Shown piece by piece: positions 26,659 through 36,611 of a DNA stretch of 58,601 bases (within the stretch, counting starts at the first letter, position 1; each line of letters begins with the position of its first letter). A program made the translations under genes and the position numbers. Source of the stretch: an archaeon (GTDB lineage Archaea > Nanobdellota > Nanobdellia > Pacearchaeales > GW2011-AR1); contig JAYONY010000001.1 in assembly GCA_038121585.1 (NCBI GenBank), positions 335,661 through 394,261 of the forward strand, given 5' to 3'. The notes beneath the pieces were generated by a model, which was given only the letters and a program-made list of their open reading frames with translations, had not been told where the DNA came from and did not search any database.

Positions 26659-27500
26659 GAAACAAATCGTCTCCAGGATTTTGAACTGATAAAATAGGCT
26701 ACTGTTTTTAGGTGTTCTAGAAGTTGTAGTGGCAGGCGCGTGTCTGCAGCAATACGCCTACTCATATGAAAAAAGTTAGTTCCAAATGAATAAGTGTATG
26801 GAAATGTGGGTGGTGAACGTGAGGACTTGAGCTTAGTCATGTCTTTAAGCACTTTTTCAAGAACAGCGCTCCAAGCGTGTTCTGAAGCAATTTTTTGAAT
26901 ATAGCGCATATCAAGTTGTTTTGTTAATGCCTGTTCTAAATGCAGGTAATCGCAGAGTGTCATCTCATAATTTTCAAAGAAAAGATGTGCGATATTAATG
27001 AGCACATCATCTTCAGGTGATGCAACTGGAATGTTCCTAAATCTTTTTCGTCGTTCAAATACTGCGTGCTTATCAAGAAAAATATGGCCGTTCCAAGAAA
27101 CTTCTTTATGGATGTGGATTTTAAGACCTCCTCCTGGAGGCTTACACATTATTTTTTTAGGTTCGCGGTAAATGCTAGTAATCTTGTAGTTGTTATTACG
27201 GGCATAAGCAAGTACTGTCTGGACATCTTTTTTTTTCGGGAGTAAAACGTCAAGGTTACTATCTACATACTTGAAATGCTTAAATCCTTTTAACACAACA
27301 AACTCAACGTTTAACTTTTGTAGTTGCTTGCAAATTGTTTGAGCATCATTAAAATAGCGAGTATACTCTTGCTTTGAATCAGCGGCATAGAGTGCTAGTT
27401 TGTTACGTGTAAGGTATCGCTTCAGCTCAGGAGTTACCTGAACGCTCTTATCATTATTCATAAGGGTCCGTGCTTGCTCATACTGTTTTTTCTGATTCAT
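26655..27500 (-). CDS. Nucleotidyltransferase-family protein (NTP_transf_5-like, Pol-beta fold)
   Basis: VVLKG...DSNLDVLL, KIHIH, PEDDVLINIAH; start uncertain (27500 or 27530). Confidence 0.7.
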   Translation of the reverse strand: MNQKKQYEQARTLMNNDKSVQVTPELKRYLTRNKLALYAADSKQEYTRYFNDAQTICKQLQKLNVEFVVLKGFKHFKYVDSNLDVLLPKKKDVQTVLAYARNNNYKITSIYREPKKIMCKPPGGGLKIHIHKEVSWNGHIFLDKHAVFERRKRFRNIPVASPEDDVLINIAHLFFENYEMTLCDYLHLEQALTKQLDMRYIQKIASEHAWSAVLEKVLKDMTKLKSSRSPPTFPYTYSFGTNFFHMSRRIAADTRLPLQLLEHLKTVAYFISSKSWRRFVS

Positions 27501-28662
27501 GAAATGCTTCCTCCAATACTGATTCATAGGTTCTACCAATGGTCGCAAGGTTATATGCTTGTTCTATTTTAGTGCTTGCATTTTGGGCCATGCGTTTTTT
27601 CTGAAGAGGGTTATCGTGGATTGATTTAAGGGCTGCATAAAGTGATAAGGGGTTGTTTGGTTTAACAAGGTATCCTTCCTTGCCATGGGTGATTATCTCA
27701 GAAAGGTAGCCAATATTGGTAGTTATGGCGCAAGTGTCGCATGCCATCGCTTCAACAAGAGTAAGGGGGATTGGGGGGATGCATCCGGTTGTTTTAAACG
27801 GAAATAGTACGACGTCTGCAGCGCTAATATCGATTTCATTATCTTTTACAAAACCAACCTTGATTGTAATATCTTTCTTATACTTGGAAGATTGCGCTCT
27901 AGCAATTGTAGCGTCTAAATTAATATCGGGTAGCAGGTTGAGAACAAGTTTTGCATGCGAGGTTTCTTCCCTGAGTTTTTCAAAAGCATCAATGATCGTA
28001 TCCATTCCTCGGAGCATAACTGCCCGTCCATAAAAGAATAGGATGAAGTCTTTTGGAGAGTAGCCTCTTTTTTTTCTAGCTTGGTTTTTTGGTAGTGGGG
28101 TGTATTTTGTAATATCTACTCCATAGGGGATGTAGGTTGTCTTTCCAGTATCTAATGTGCGAGCAAGGCCTTTAACCGGAGTAATCACTTTTTTAAGATC
28201 AGCATTGCGTAGTAATCGTTTCAGTATTTTTTTCCCAAGGAAGAATCCAAGTATGTCGTCAATATTGAGGACGAATGAAAAACTATCTTTAATTTCTATG
28301 AAGGTTAGGTGTGAAAGTTCTTTATGAGAGACTGGAATATCGCGTATGTCGAATACAAACCCTTCTTTTCTTTTATAAAATGGCATAAAAAGCGCTGCAA
28401 TAAGCCCTCCAAAGAAAATCACTTTTGTTTTTGCAGGTAGTGAATGGAGAATTTTTCTAATCTTAAAATAGAATACATGGTCTGAACAAGGCACTACTCG
28501 AACATCAAGTTCTTTAGGAAGTGTTTGATTAGGTGCTAAAACAACCCGATTTGTGAGTATTGTAACTCGTGCCAGTCCAAGTGTTTTGGCAAGGTCGTAC
28601 ATGTGTTTTGACTTTCCAGTTTTAGGTTCAAACTTTTTAGCAATAAAGACTATTTCTTTCAT
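27478..28662 (-). CDS. GT4 glycosyltransferase
   Basis: IPYGVD, FYGR...RG, PLTLVEAMAC; ATG 28662 overlaps the upstream stop. Confidence 0.88.
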   Translation of the reverse strand: MKEIVFIAKKFEPKTGKSKHMYDLAKTLGLARVTILTNRVVLAPNQTLPKELDVRVVPCSDHVFYFKIRKILHSLPAKTKVIFFGGLIAALFMPFYKRKEGFVFDIRDIPVSHKELSHLTFIEIKDSFSFVLNIDDILGFFLGKKILKRLLRNADLKKVITPVKGLARTLDTGKTTYIPYGVDITKYTPLPKNQARKKRGYSPKDFILFFYGRAVMLRGMDTIIDAFEKLREETSHAKLVLNLLPDINLDATIARAQSSKYKKDITIKVGFVKDNEIDISAADVVLFPFKTTGCIPPIPLTLVEAMACDTCAITTNIGYLSEIITHGKEGYLVKPNNPLSLYAALKSIHDNPLQKKRMAQNASTKIEQAYNLATIGRTYESVLEEAFHESEKTV

Positions 28663-29684
28663 CGTTGAGCACGCAAGGTCCAACCTTCTTTGGTTGTTGC
28701 TTGCAGTATTTTTCCGCTTACTGAAGCACTCATAACAACACTCATGTACGTAATAATTCCGCCTAGTAATTGCAGGTCTTTGACTCGTAATAATCGTGTA
28801 ATAATTGCAAAAAATGGTGTGTTCGAGCTTTTAGCAAATGTCGGGCTTTCGGCATATTTAGTTTTCACTTGACGACGGGCAAGTGCCGTCCTCTTTTTTT
28901 GCTTGTAAATATCAGGGTAGCGCATGGTTGTGTACGCTGCTATCATTCGAGGCATTGCAATTGAGGGGGCATACACTAAGTGGTGGTTTGAAGTTACAAT
29001 ATCAAATGTTCGTTCAATGTCATCTGCTAGGGTTTCATTTGACTTAAAGAGCTCTCTACGAAACACATTTACCAGTATGGGGTGTAATGCAAGATGTAAT
29101 TTACGGGTATCAAGTATGAGGTGGTTTTTGTAGGGCTTACTAATCTTTTTCCTATCAAGCAGCATTGTTGTTAGGCTAAACCATGCTGAGGAAAGATGTG
29201 CGAGAGAGTATTTTTGGTGTTTTTTTCCTTTTTGTAATGCTGAAAGCACTTCATTCGTGCATGAAACGGGGAAGGATTCAATTATTCCTCCGATTTTTGG
29301 GTCTTCAAATAATGAAATCATTTTCAGCATTCCCTCTTTGTCAGCTTGAAAAACCCAGTCTGCATCATGAATTATGAATAAGTCTCCTTTTGCTTTTGTA
29401 GCTAGGGCATTAATTACCGGTGGTTTCCCTGAACGGTAATCCATAACATAGTGCTTAATTTTTTTTGAACGTTTTTTATAGTGTTTTACAACTTCTTCAG
29501 TTGCATCTGTACATCCGTCTAGGCCAATAAGCACTTCATAGTTTGGGTAAGGTAGTGTAACGAGTGCTTCCAGGGCAGTTCCAATTATTTTCTCTTCATT
29601 ATGTGCTGCCATGAGAAACGTAATCTTTGGGAGTTTTTTCATATTTTGTCGTCGATATACGTGCTTTTTACGTGCTTGGGGCAT
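28659..29684 (-). CDS. GT2 glycosyltransferase
   Basis: AAHNEE, LDGCTDAT, GK, HDAD, DD and QKKR motifs. Confidence 0.85.
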   Translation of the reverse strand: MPQARKKHVYRRQNMKKLPKITFLMAAHNEEKIIGTALEALVTLPYPNYEVLIGLDGCTDATEEVVKHYKKRSKKIKHYVMDYRSGKPPVINALATKAKGDLFIIHDADWVFQADKEGMLKMISLFEDPKIGGIIESFPVSCTNEVLSALQKGKKHQKYSLAHLSSAWFSLTTMLLDRKKISKPYKNHLILDTRKLHLALHPILVNVFRRELFKSNETLADDIERTFDIVTSNHHLVYAPSIAMPRMIAAYTTMRYPDIYKQKKRTALARRQVKTKYAESPTFAKSSNTPFFAIITRLLRVKDLQLLGGIITYMSVVMSASVSGKILQATTKEGWTLRAQR

Positions 29685-29708
29685 ACAGGTTAGGAAAATA
29701 CATTGTTT

Positions 29709-30935
29709 TTAAATGTAGTGAGATAATCGCTTCTCAGTTAATAAAAACGTACAGAGTAACAGCACGACTGAGGTCAGTAAGAATGCGGTAGCATATACCG
29801 TTAGTGAACTAGTAAAGAGATAGAGTGCTACTGCCTGAATGGGCAAGACGAGTGGCATAATCCAATAATTACGTAGTTGACCGCTTGAAAGTTTGTATAG
29901 GAGTCGTAAATTCGCAATCGAAATAAAGCAGGCGCTAAGGCCAAGGATTGGAAGTGCTGCAGCTGCCTGAGGGATTGTTTTTCCTGAAAAAAGTGTAATC
30001 ACCAGTGATGGCAACATATAGAATATGAAAATGCCCCCTAGGAGGAGTGCAATTGTTATGCCAAGTGATTGTTTGAATAGTCTTTTACGTTCTTTGTCTT
30101 CTTTATTGCTCGCGGACATGGGGAATAGTGCTTTGCTAATGGGTTTAGTTCCTAAAAAGAGTGTTTTGGCAAGTACTGATGCTATGGCATATATTCCTGC
30201 AGTTTCTGCTGAGAACGCATTTTTGGCAATTATGATATCGAGATTCAGAAAAACAGTTATTGTAGAGATAATAACAAACGTTGGTTTTGTAAATGAGTAG
30301 GCAGTTTCTGTCTGAGCTTTTTTCGCTGGCACGCTAAAGAAATCGCGTAGAGGGAGTAATGAAAAGATAAGTGCAGTATAGGAACCTATGATAACTCCTA
30401 GCATCGCTCCGAATGCCGCGTATCCTGTAGCTACAAAAAGTATGGCAAATACTAATTTGACAAGCGCTTCTATCACAAGATTACTTCCGAGGCTAGCGAA
30501 TCGTTGCTTGCCTTGTAATGCTCCTCGAGTAATTGGCAGTATAAATGTTGCAATTAAAAGTACTCCTGGAAACAGTAAGAGTGAAATTGGAATTTTGAGC
30601 CAGAGTGAGAGCGGATAAAGGAGTAATGCGTAAAGTACAAAGAAAATTGTTGAGAAAACGAATCCTTTTTTCATCGCTCTTGAAAGGGCATCTTTGATTT
30701 TCCCTTTAGATTCTTCTTTTGCAACATATTGTGCTAAAACTGTTTGTATTGATTCAGAAAAAATACCAATTACATAAATCACTGAGAATAATGCTGCAAC
30801 AAGGCCATACTCTGCAACAGTAAGCATTCGTGCCATTGCAAAATGAAAGAAAAAATTGACAACATTAAATAGGGCAAATGCAATGAGTAGTATCAGCCCT
30901 CCTCGAACAAGGGTGTTTTTTTTAACTGATTTCAT
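29709..30935 (-). CDS. Wzx/MOP-family oligosaccharide flippase
   Basis: ~12 TM; EYG, LDIIIAK, AGIYAIAS, ALFP. Confidence 0.85.
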   Translation of the reverse strand: MKSVKKNTLVRGGLILLIAFALFNVVNFFFHFAMARMLTVAEYGLVAALFSVIYVIGIFSESIQTVLAQYVAKEESKGKIKDALSRAMKKGFVFSTIFFVLYALLLYPLSLWLKIPISLLLFPGVLLIATFILPITRGALQGKQRFASLGSNLVIEALVKLVFAILFVATGYAAFGAMLGVIIGSYTALIFSLLPLRDFFSVPAKKAQTETAYSFTKPTFVIISTITVFLNLDIIIAKNAFSAETAGIYAIASVLAKTLFLGTKPISKALFPMSASNKEDKERKRLFKQSLGITIALLLGGIFIFYMLPSLVITLFSGKTIPQAAAALPILGLSACFISIANLRLLYKLSSGQLRNYWIMPLVLPIQAVALYLFTSSLTVYATAFLLTSVVLLLCTFLLTEKRLSHYI

Positions 30936-31018
30936 GCATTCTATGATTATTAGCTGTACTTAAAGGTTACTTGCTTTCACAACAAAAGAATAAATACGGA
31001 CTAGCGCACTGTAGGTAC

Positions 31019-32554
31019 ATGCGAAATGAAAAGCGAGAATTTAATAATTCTCTAAAAAAAATAGCAAAATCTTCCGTTATTGTGCTTGCAGGACTTTTTT
31101 TATCAAAAATTTTCAATTATGTGTATCGGATTGTAATTGCAAGAAGTCTCGGGCCTGAGGCATATGGGCTTTTTTCACTTGCAATAATGCTAAGTGGATG
31201 GGCTGTTATTCTCGCAAGTCTTGGGTTAGGTGAGGGGATTGTTCGGTATGTCTCGGTATTTAGGGGAAATAATGAAAAGGGAAAGGTTCAATATCTCTTC
31301 CAGTTCACCACAAAGCTATTTTTGATAACTGGGTTGATAGGGTTCTTAGTTTTATTCTTTAGCGCTGAATTTATTTCAGTAGGGATTTTTGATGAGCCTG
31401 GGCTCACTATTTTTCTCAAATTTTTCAGTATTGCAGTACCTCTAACTATTTTCTTATCATTATATCTTGCAACATTACGCGGTCATGAATACATTGGATG
31501 GACTTCTTTAATTCAAAATGTTCTTGGTCCTGGAACAAAGCTTAGTTCGATGGTTGTACTGTTATTGGCTGGGTTTTCATTAGGTGCTATTTTTGGATCG
31601 TACTTGGCGGGAATTGCAATACCTCTGATTATTGCAATAATTGTTTCCAGAAAAAAAATCAGATATGCGTTCAAAAAAAGCGCTCTTGCAAAAGATGAGC
31701 AGTCACAAGTATTTAGGGAGGTTTTGAGGTATTCATGGCCTTTATTATTCGCAGGATTTATGTGGCGAATGTTCCACTGGACTGATTCATTTGTTATAGG
31801 CTACTTTTTAGACGCTGTAGATGTGGGGATTTACAATGCTGCAATTCCAATTGTAGCACTGATTCATATTCCCTCTCAATTATTCATGCAGCTGTTCTTC
31901 CCACTTGTTAGTCGGGAAAATGCAAAAGGGGATCGTGAAACGGTAAAGCAACTAAGCCAACAGGTTGGTAAATGGGTTTTTGCATTGAGTATTCCAACAG
32001 TAATACTGATGGTTGTCTTTGCAAGGTCAATAGTGCGTATCCTTTTCGGAACAGAATTCGCTGGAGCAACTACTGCATTGATAATCTTATCTACAGGAAC
32101 TTTTTTCATTGCCTTTTTCGAAATTGCAATCCGTCTTCTCGCAACTATTGGTAAATCAAAACTAATTCTTGTTGATGTATGCTGTATTGCAGGGGTCAAT
32201 GCTTTACTTAATATTGTATTAGTGCCTCGATACGGGATTGAAGGGGCTGCTCTCGCAACCGCAGTTTCACTTACAGTATTAAGTGTAATTCTCGGGGTAC
32301 AAACCTGGCGCCATACGGGTATTATTCCAGTTCGGAGAACATTTGCACAGATTTGTCTTGCTGCGGGTATATCGCTGGGTATAGTGTATCCGCTCGCACA
32401 TGCTTTTGGAGGGGAGTTGCTAATCGATGCAATGCTTGGTATATTGTTTATTTTATCGTATTGTTTACTGCTTTTGGTACTCAAGGCTTTCGATTATAAT
32501 GATAGGATGATTGTAAAAAGTGCCCTTAGGAGGCGCAAGAAGAATAAGAAGTAA
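31019..32554 (+). CDS. Wzx/MOP-family flippase (14 TM)
   Basis: ARSLGPEAYG, TDSFVIGYF, VGIYNAA, LNIVLVPRYGIEGAALAT. Confidence 0.9.
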   Translation: MRNEKREFNNSLKKIAKSSVIVLAGLFLSKIFNYVYRIVIARSLGPEAYGLFSLAIMLSGWAVILASLGLGEGIVRYVSVFRGNNEKGKVQYLFQFTTKLFLITGLIGFLVLFFSAEFISVGIFDEPGLTIFLKFFSIAVPLTIFLSLYLATLRGHEYIGWTSLIQNVLGPGTKLSSMVVLLLAGFSLGAIFGSYLAGIAIPLIIAIIVSRKKIRYAFKKSALAKDEQSQVFREVLRYSWPLLFAGFMWRMFHWTDSFVIGYFLDAVDVGIYNAAIPIVALIHIPSQLFMQLFFPLVSRENAKGDRETVKQLSQQVGKWVFALSIPTVILMVVFARSIVRILFGTEFAGATTALIILSTGTFFIAFFEIAIRLLATIGKSKLILVDVCCIAGVNALLNIVLVPRYGIEGAALATAVSLTVLSVILGVQTWRHTGIIPVRRTFAQICLAAGISLGIVYPLAHAFGGELLIDAMLGILFILSYCLLLLVLKAFDYNDRMIVKSALRRRKKNKK

Positions 32555-32602
32555 CTACTCAATATTAACAATCTTTAAAAATGGAACAATCAAAGCCCTA
32601 GT

Positions 32603-33679
32603 ATGAAGGCAGCAATTACTGGTGGTAGCGGATTCTTGGGAACAGCAATCTATAAAGAGTTATTGAGGCGAGGCCAAGAAGTAGTCTTATTTGATCGGTC
32701 AGAGCCACCTTATGCTTTACCGCAAGGTGTTCGCTGGCGCAAATGTGACGTTTCAAATGTACATCAGGTTAAGGCTGCAATGGATGAGGAAAAACCGGAT
32801 CATCTTTACTTGCTCGCAGGAATGCTTGGGACAACAGAATTAACTTATCAGCCAGTTAATGCTTCGCGTGTAAATGTAGGGGGTGTTTCTAGTTTTATGC
32901 AAATCCTTGCTGAGGGCGGTTCTCTGCCAAGAACGTTTTATGTTACTAAGCCGAGCGCCTGGGAAAACATGTACACAATTACAAAAGACGCTGCAAATAG
33001 AATCATGAAATTCTACAGCATGAAGAATGAGGATGGTTCTTCAGTAACTGGGCTTAAGAACACGTTTGAACTCGTATTGCATAAATGGTTTAATGCTTAT
33101 GGTCCTGGACAACACACCCACCCTGTTCGTAAGGCAGTTCCATATATGATTTTGTCAGCTCTTGCAAATAGGCCAATTCGAATCCACGGTAATGGTGAGC
33201 AAACTGCAGATTACATTCATATTGATGATATTGCTAAGATAGCTGTTCACGCAATGAATCAGGAAAAAGTCCCGTATAGTAAAAAAGATGGCTTTTTGAT
33301 ACCTACTGAAATGGATATTGGCACTGGGGTGCCTATTAGTGTTAATCAGCTAGTAGAAACAATCGTACGTCTCACTGAGTCAAAGTCTGAAATTATTCAT
33401 GATCATATGCGGTCCGGTGAAACGCCTGACACTGAACTAGTTGCAAATCCAGTTCATATTAACAAAATAATGGGTGCTGGTCAGCGAGTAGGGTATAGGC
33501 ATAAATTTGTTGATTTTGAAGATGGCATGTGGGAAACTATTCAGTGGTATAAGGCACTTCCGGAAAGCCATAAGCAAGAAGCACTTGAATTCTATGATAA
33601 GACTGCTCATTCAGAAGAAGAGTTACGAGCATTCTTTACACAGGGAAAAGCAGCTGCTGAACCCTCTGAAGAGGCATAA
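32603..33679 (+). CDS. Extended-SDR NAD-dependent epimerase/dehydratase
   Basis: TGGSGFLG, YTITK (YxxxK), FNAYGPGQ, GNGEQTADYIHIDD. Confidence 0.88.
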   Translation: MKAAITGGSGFLGTAIYKELLRRGQEVVLFDRSEPPYALPQGVRWRKCDVSNVHQVKAAMDEEKPDHLYLLAGMLGTTELTYQPVNASRVNVGGVSSFMQILAEGGSLPRTFYVTKPSAWENMYTITKDAANRIMKFYSMKNEDGSSVTGLKNTFELVLHKWFNAYGPGQHTHPVRKAVPYMILSALANRPIRIHGNGEQTADYIHIDDIAKIAVHAMNQEKVPYSKKDGFLIPTEMDIGTGVPISVNQLVETIVRLTESKSEIIHDHMRSGETPDTELVANPVHINKIMGAGQRVGYRHKFVDFEDGMWETIQWYKALPESHKQEALEFYDKTAHSEEELRAFFTQGKAAAEPSEEA

Positions 33680-33724
33680 TAGTTCTGCAATAATCTTTAA
33701 AAACTACTTTTTAGCTGGTGTTAT

Positions 33725-34648
33725 ATGGAGTATCGTCCTCGAGTAATTGCTGCTGTGAGTAAGAATAGTGGTCGTCGTGTTATAGAGTTTCTCACAAAGC
33801 GTGGAGAAAATCTTACTGATGTATTTGTTCTTGATGAAAAGTATGCTATTCCTGGAACAGGGTTTAAGACTTTTGATGATCTCATTCATAAAGGGTCAAA
33901 AACGAGATTGCATAAGGTTCGCTCATTAGAGGATCATGTTGACACAATAAGGGCTGCTAATCCTGATGTGTTACTTATGAATTGGTCAGAAGTGCTCGGA
34001 GAGTATATTCTTTCAATCCCTAAAAGGGGTGTTGCCGGTTTTCACTATTCAAAGCTTCCTGATCGTCGAGGTGCTAACCCTGCAGTATGGGCTATGCTCC
34101 ATGGGCTACCAAAAAGCGAAGTTACATTTCATTATTACACTCCGGAAATTGATAAAGGTGATGTGATTGATACTGAGGGGTATATGCTACCTGACGGGGC
34201 ATATCACGATGAGGTAATGGGTAATGTTGAGGGTGCTATGATTACAATTCTTGATCGTTCGTTTGACGCGTTTAAGAATGGAACCGCTCCCCGTAAAAAG
34301 ATTGATTTCACAAAAGGGAGCATTTACACTCCCAAATTAGGTTTTAAAGATGGAAGGATTGCATGGGGTCGTGAAACTGCAGAAAGTGCAAGTCGTCGTG
34401 TTCGTGCTTTCGCACCACCCTTTGCTGGAGCCTATTCCTATTGGAAACATAAGGGTGATTCTCAAAAATTATATATTCTTAGAGCAGATGCAGTTGAGGA
34501 AGGGCTTGAAGGAAGGGTAATTGATGACTGGAAAAACTATTCTGCTAGGGAACTTCATGGGAAAATTAGTGATGGTGCGCTCTATGCTCCCACAGGCAAG
34601 GGGTATCTCAAAATTACGCAAACACGATTGGGAGGCCCTAAGGAATGA
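33725..34648 (+). CDS. Sugar N-formyltransferase (Fmt/ArnA-N fold)
   Basis: GFHYSKLPDRRGANP, IDKGD, VRAFAPPFAGA. Confidence 0.85.
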   Translation: MEYRPRVIAAVSKNSGRRVIEFLTKRGENLTDVFVLDEKYAIPGTGFKTFDDLIHKGSKTRLHKVRSLEDHVDTIRAANPDVLLMNWSEVLGEYILSIPKRGVAGFHYSKLPDRRGANPAVWAMLHGLPKSEVTFHYYTPEIDKGDVIDTEGYMLPDGAYHDEVMGNVEGAMITILDRSFDAFKNGTAPRKKIDFTKGSIYTPKLGFKDGRIAWGRETAESASRRVRAFAPPFAGAYSYWKHKGDSQKLYILRADAVEEGLEGRVIDDWKNYSARELHGKISDGALYAPTGKGYLKITQTRLGGPKE

Positions 34649-35391
34649 ACGAAAAAAAAGTTGTATTAGTCTTGGCAGCACACCTTGATGATGAGGTGTT
34701 GGGTGCTGGAGGAACTATTGCTCGTCATATAGCAGAAGGTGATGATGTATATATTCACATTGTTCGCGATGGAATTGCAGAAAGGCATGGGCATGCAAAT
34801 TCTCGTGAAGAAGCAACAAGGATGCGAGAGGTTGTTAAGGAAGATGCTCGTAAATGCGCAGAGGTGCTTGGTGTTGTACGGGAAAATGTTAGTTTCGGGG
34901 GATATTCATTGTATGATTCTTTCTCTACCCAACACCAACTCGGTCAAATGAGTGTTTCTAAAAATCTTGAAGACGTAATTGATAAAGTCAACCCGCATAT
35001 TGTGTACACGCATCATCATGGGGATTCACACCTTGATCACAAGGTTGTACATGATGCAACAATGCTTGCAACACGAGCAATTAGTCGCAGAGATCATCGG
35101 ATTCAAAGAGTTCTTGCTTATGAGGTTCCTTCATCGACTGATCAAATGTTTCAACGGGAAGGAACAGTATTTTTACCTAACTCGTATGTGGATATTACGC
35201 CGTATATTGATAGGAAATTAGAAGCGTTTAGTCAATATGCGACTGAAGTGGAGCTTGATCCAAACCCGAGGTCATTACCTAAACTTAGGGCAAAAGCGGC
35301 TCAGCGAGGAGGAGAAATGAATACTACCTATGCCGAAGCCTTTAGTTTGTTACGTGAATTCAAACGGATTGATCATCCAATAAGAGAATGA
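34645..35391 (+). CDS. PIG-L/LmbE-family N-deacylase
   Basis: AHLDDEVLGAGGT, THH.GDSHLDH, YEVPSST, YAEAF. Confidence 0.9.
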   Translation: MNEKKVVLVLAAHLDDEVLGAGGTIARHIAEGDDVYIHIVRDGIAERHGHANSREEATRMREVVKEDARKCAEVLGVVRENVSFGGYSLYDSFSTQHQLGQMSVSKNLEDVIDKVNPHIVYTHHHGDSHLDHKVVHDATMLATRAISRRDHRIQRVLAYEVPSSTDQMFQREGTVFLPNSYVDITPYIDRKLEAFSQYATEVELDPNPRSLPKLRAKAAQRGGEMNTTYAEAFSLLREFKRIDHPIRE

Positions 35392-36611
35392 TACAGTTCT
35401 GCAAGTTCATTACTCAATCGTTGCGGTCCAAATCTATCCTGTACAAAAACACGCCCTGCTTTGCCCATTGCAATACGCTTTGCGGGGTTGTCAAGTAAAA
35501 ATTGAATGTGTTTAGCAATCGTAGCACTATCTTTCACGGGGGCGAGCAGTCCAGTTTTTGTAGCAATTATTCCATCTGGTAATCCTGCAAAGTCTGAAGT
35601 AATAACTGGGAGTTCCATGGCCTGTGCTTCTTCTACTGCTACTCCTTGACCTTCGCCACTCCCATAGCTCGCAGGTATGCTTGTAAGAATGAATAGATCT
35701 GCACGGCTGTACTCATCAAGTAATGCTTGACCTGTTTTACGCCCTACGAAGGCAACTTTATTTTCTATTTTTTCTTCTTTTATCACTGCACGCAAATGGT
35801 CTTCCATTGGACCATCTCCTACTATGCGGTATTCTACATCAGCATACTTTCCTTCACGAAGTGCCTGTGCAAATCCTCGTAAGGAATATTCATGTCCTTT
35901 TTCTTCCATGAGGCGCCCGACAGTAAGGAGTATGTTCTTTTTTTGGTTACGATGAATCTTTGGATTACGCTTGAAACGTTCTGAATCAATCATCATAGGG
36001 ATGATGTGCACGCTATCTTCATTTGAGCATCCGAGTTCCATTGCTCGTTTTTTCGTAAATGTAGAATTAGCGGTATATGCATCTCCTCGGGCGAATAGAG
36101 GGAGGTATACGTGCTCATTGGTTTTCAGAGGGTAGCCATTAACATCTCCTCCATGAAAAGATGTAACGAGTTTTCCCTGAATGCCAGCATCTTTAACAAT
36201 GGCTCCAACAAGGCCCATCGGGCCAAAGTGAGAATGAATAATATCAAATTGCTTGCCTGATGTGCGCATTGCTTGCTCTACGAATAGAGGAATGAGTGTG
36301 TGTGCTATTTTTCCATATTTGAACCTGTTCGTAAGTCGTAAGGCTTTGAATGGGTGGCGTAGCGCAATTGGGAGTGCTCGCATCACTCGAGCCATGCTTC
36401 CTTTTGGTATAGTAAGAAAAATTGACTTGTCATAAATCTTGTAGCGTTCAAGTTTTTCTTTATTATTCTCTGTTTTTGTATCTTCACGAATAACAAAGAT
36501 AGTGACATCAAATCCTTTATCTATCACTCCTGCTATCTGATCAAGTAAGAATGAGCCTATTGGTTCTGGAAATGCTTCTGCTATGATGAATGCTACTTTT
36601 GGTTGTTTCAT
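35373..36611 (-). CDS. GT4 glycosyltransferase (WcaL-like)
   Basis: HSHFG, FHGGD, VGRLMEEKG, EGQGVAVEEAQAM. Confidence 0.9.
   Translation of the reverse strand: MKQPKVAFIIAEAFPEPIGSFLLDQIAGVIDKGFDVTIFVIREDTKTENNKEKLERYKIYDKSIFLTIPKGSMARVMRALPIALRHPFKALRLTNRFKYGKIAHTLIPLFVEQAMRTSGKQFDIIHSHFGPMGLVGAIVKDAGIQGKLVTSFHGGDVNGYPLKTNEHVYLPLFARGDAYTANSTFTKKRAMELGCSNEDSVHIIPMMIDSERFKRNPKIHRNQKKNILLTVGRLMEEKGHEYSLRGFAQALREGKYADVEYRIVGDGPMEDHLRAVIKEEKIENKVAFVGRKTGQALLDEYSRADLFILTSIPASYGSGEGQGVAVEEAQAMELPVITSDFAGLPDGIIATKTGLLAPVKDSATIAKHIQFLLDNPAKRIAMGKAGRVFVQDRFGPQRLSNELAELYHSLIG

Noticed and set aside
31876-32484. Long antisense ORFs (also 17464-17970, 10981-11421, 4730-5164, 56710-57108)
   Set aside because: Shadows of well-supported genes on the opposite strand, with no motifs
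33725-34648. Methionyl-tRNA formyltransferase
   Set aside because: Archaea do not formylate initiator tRNA, and the context points to sugar modification
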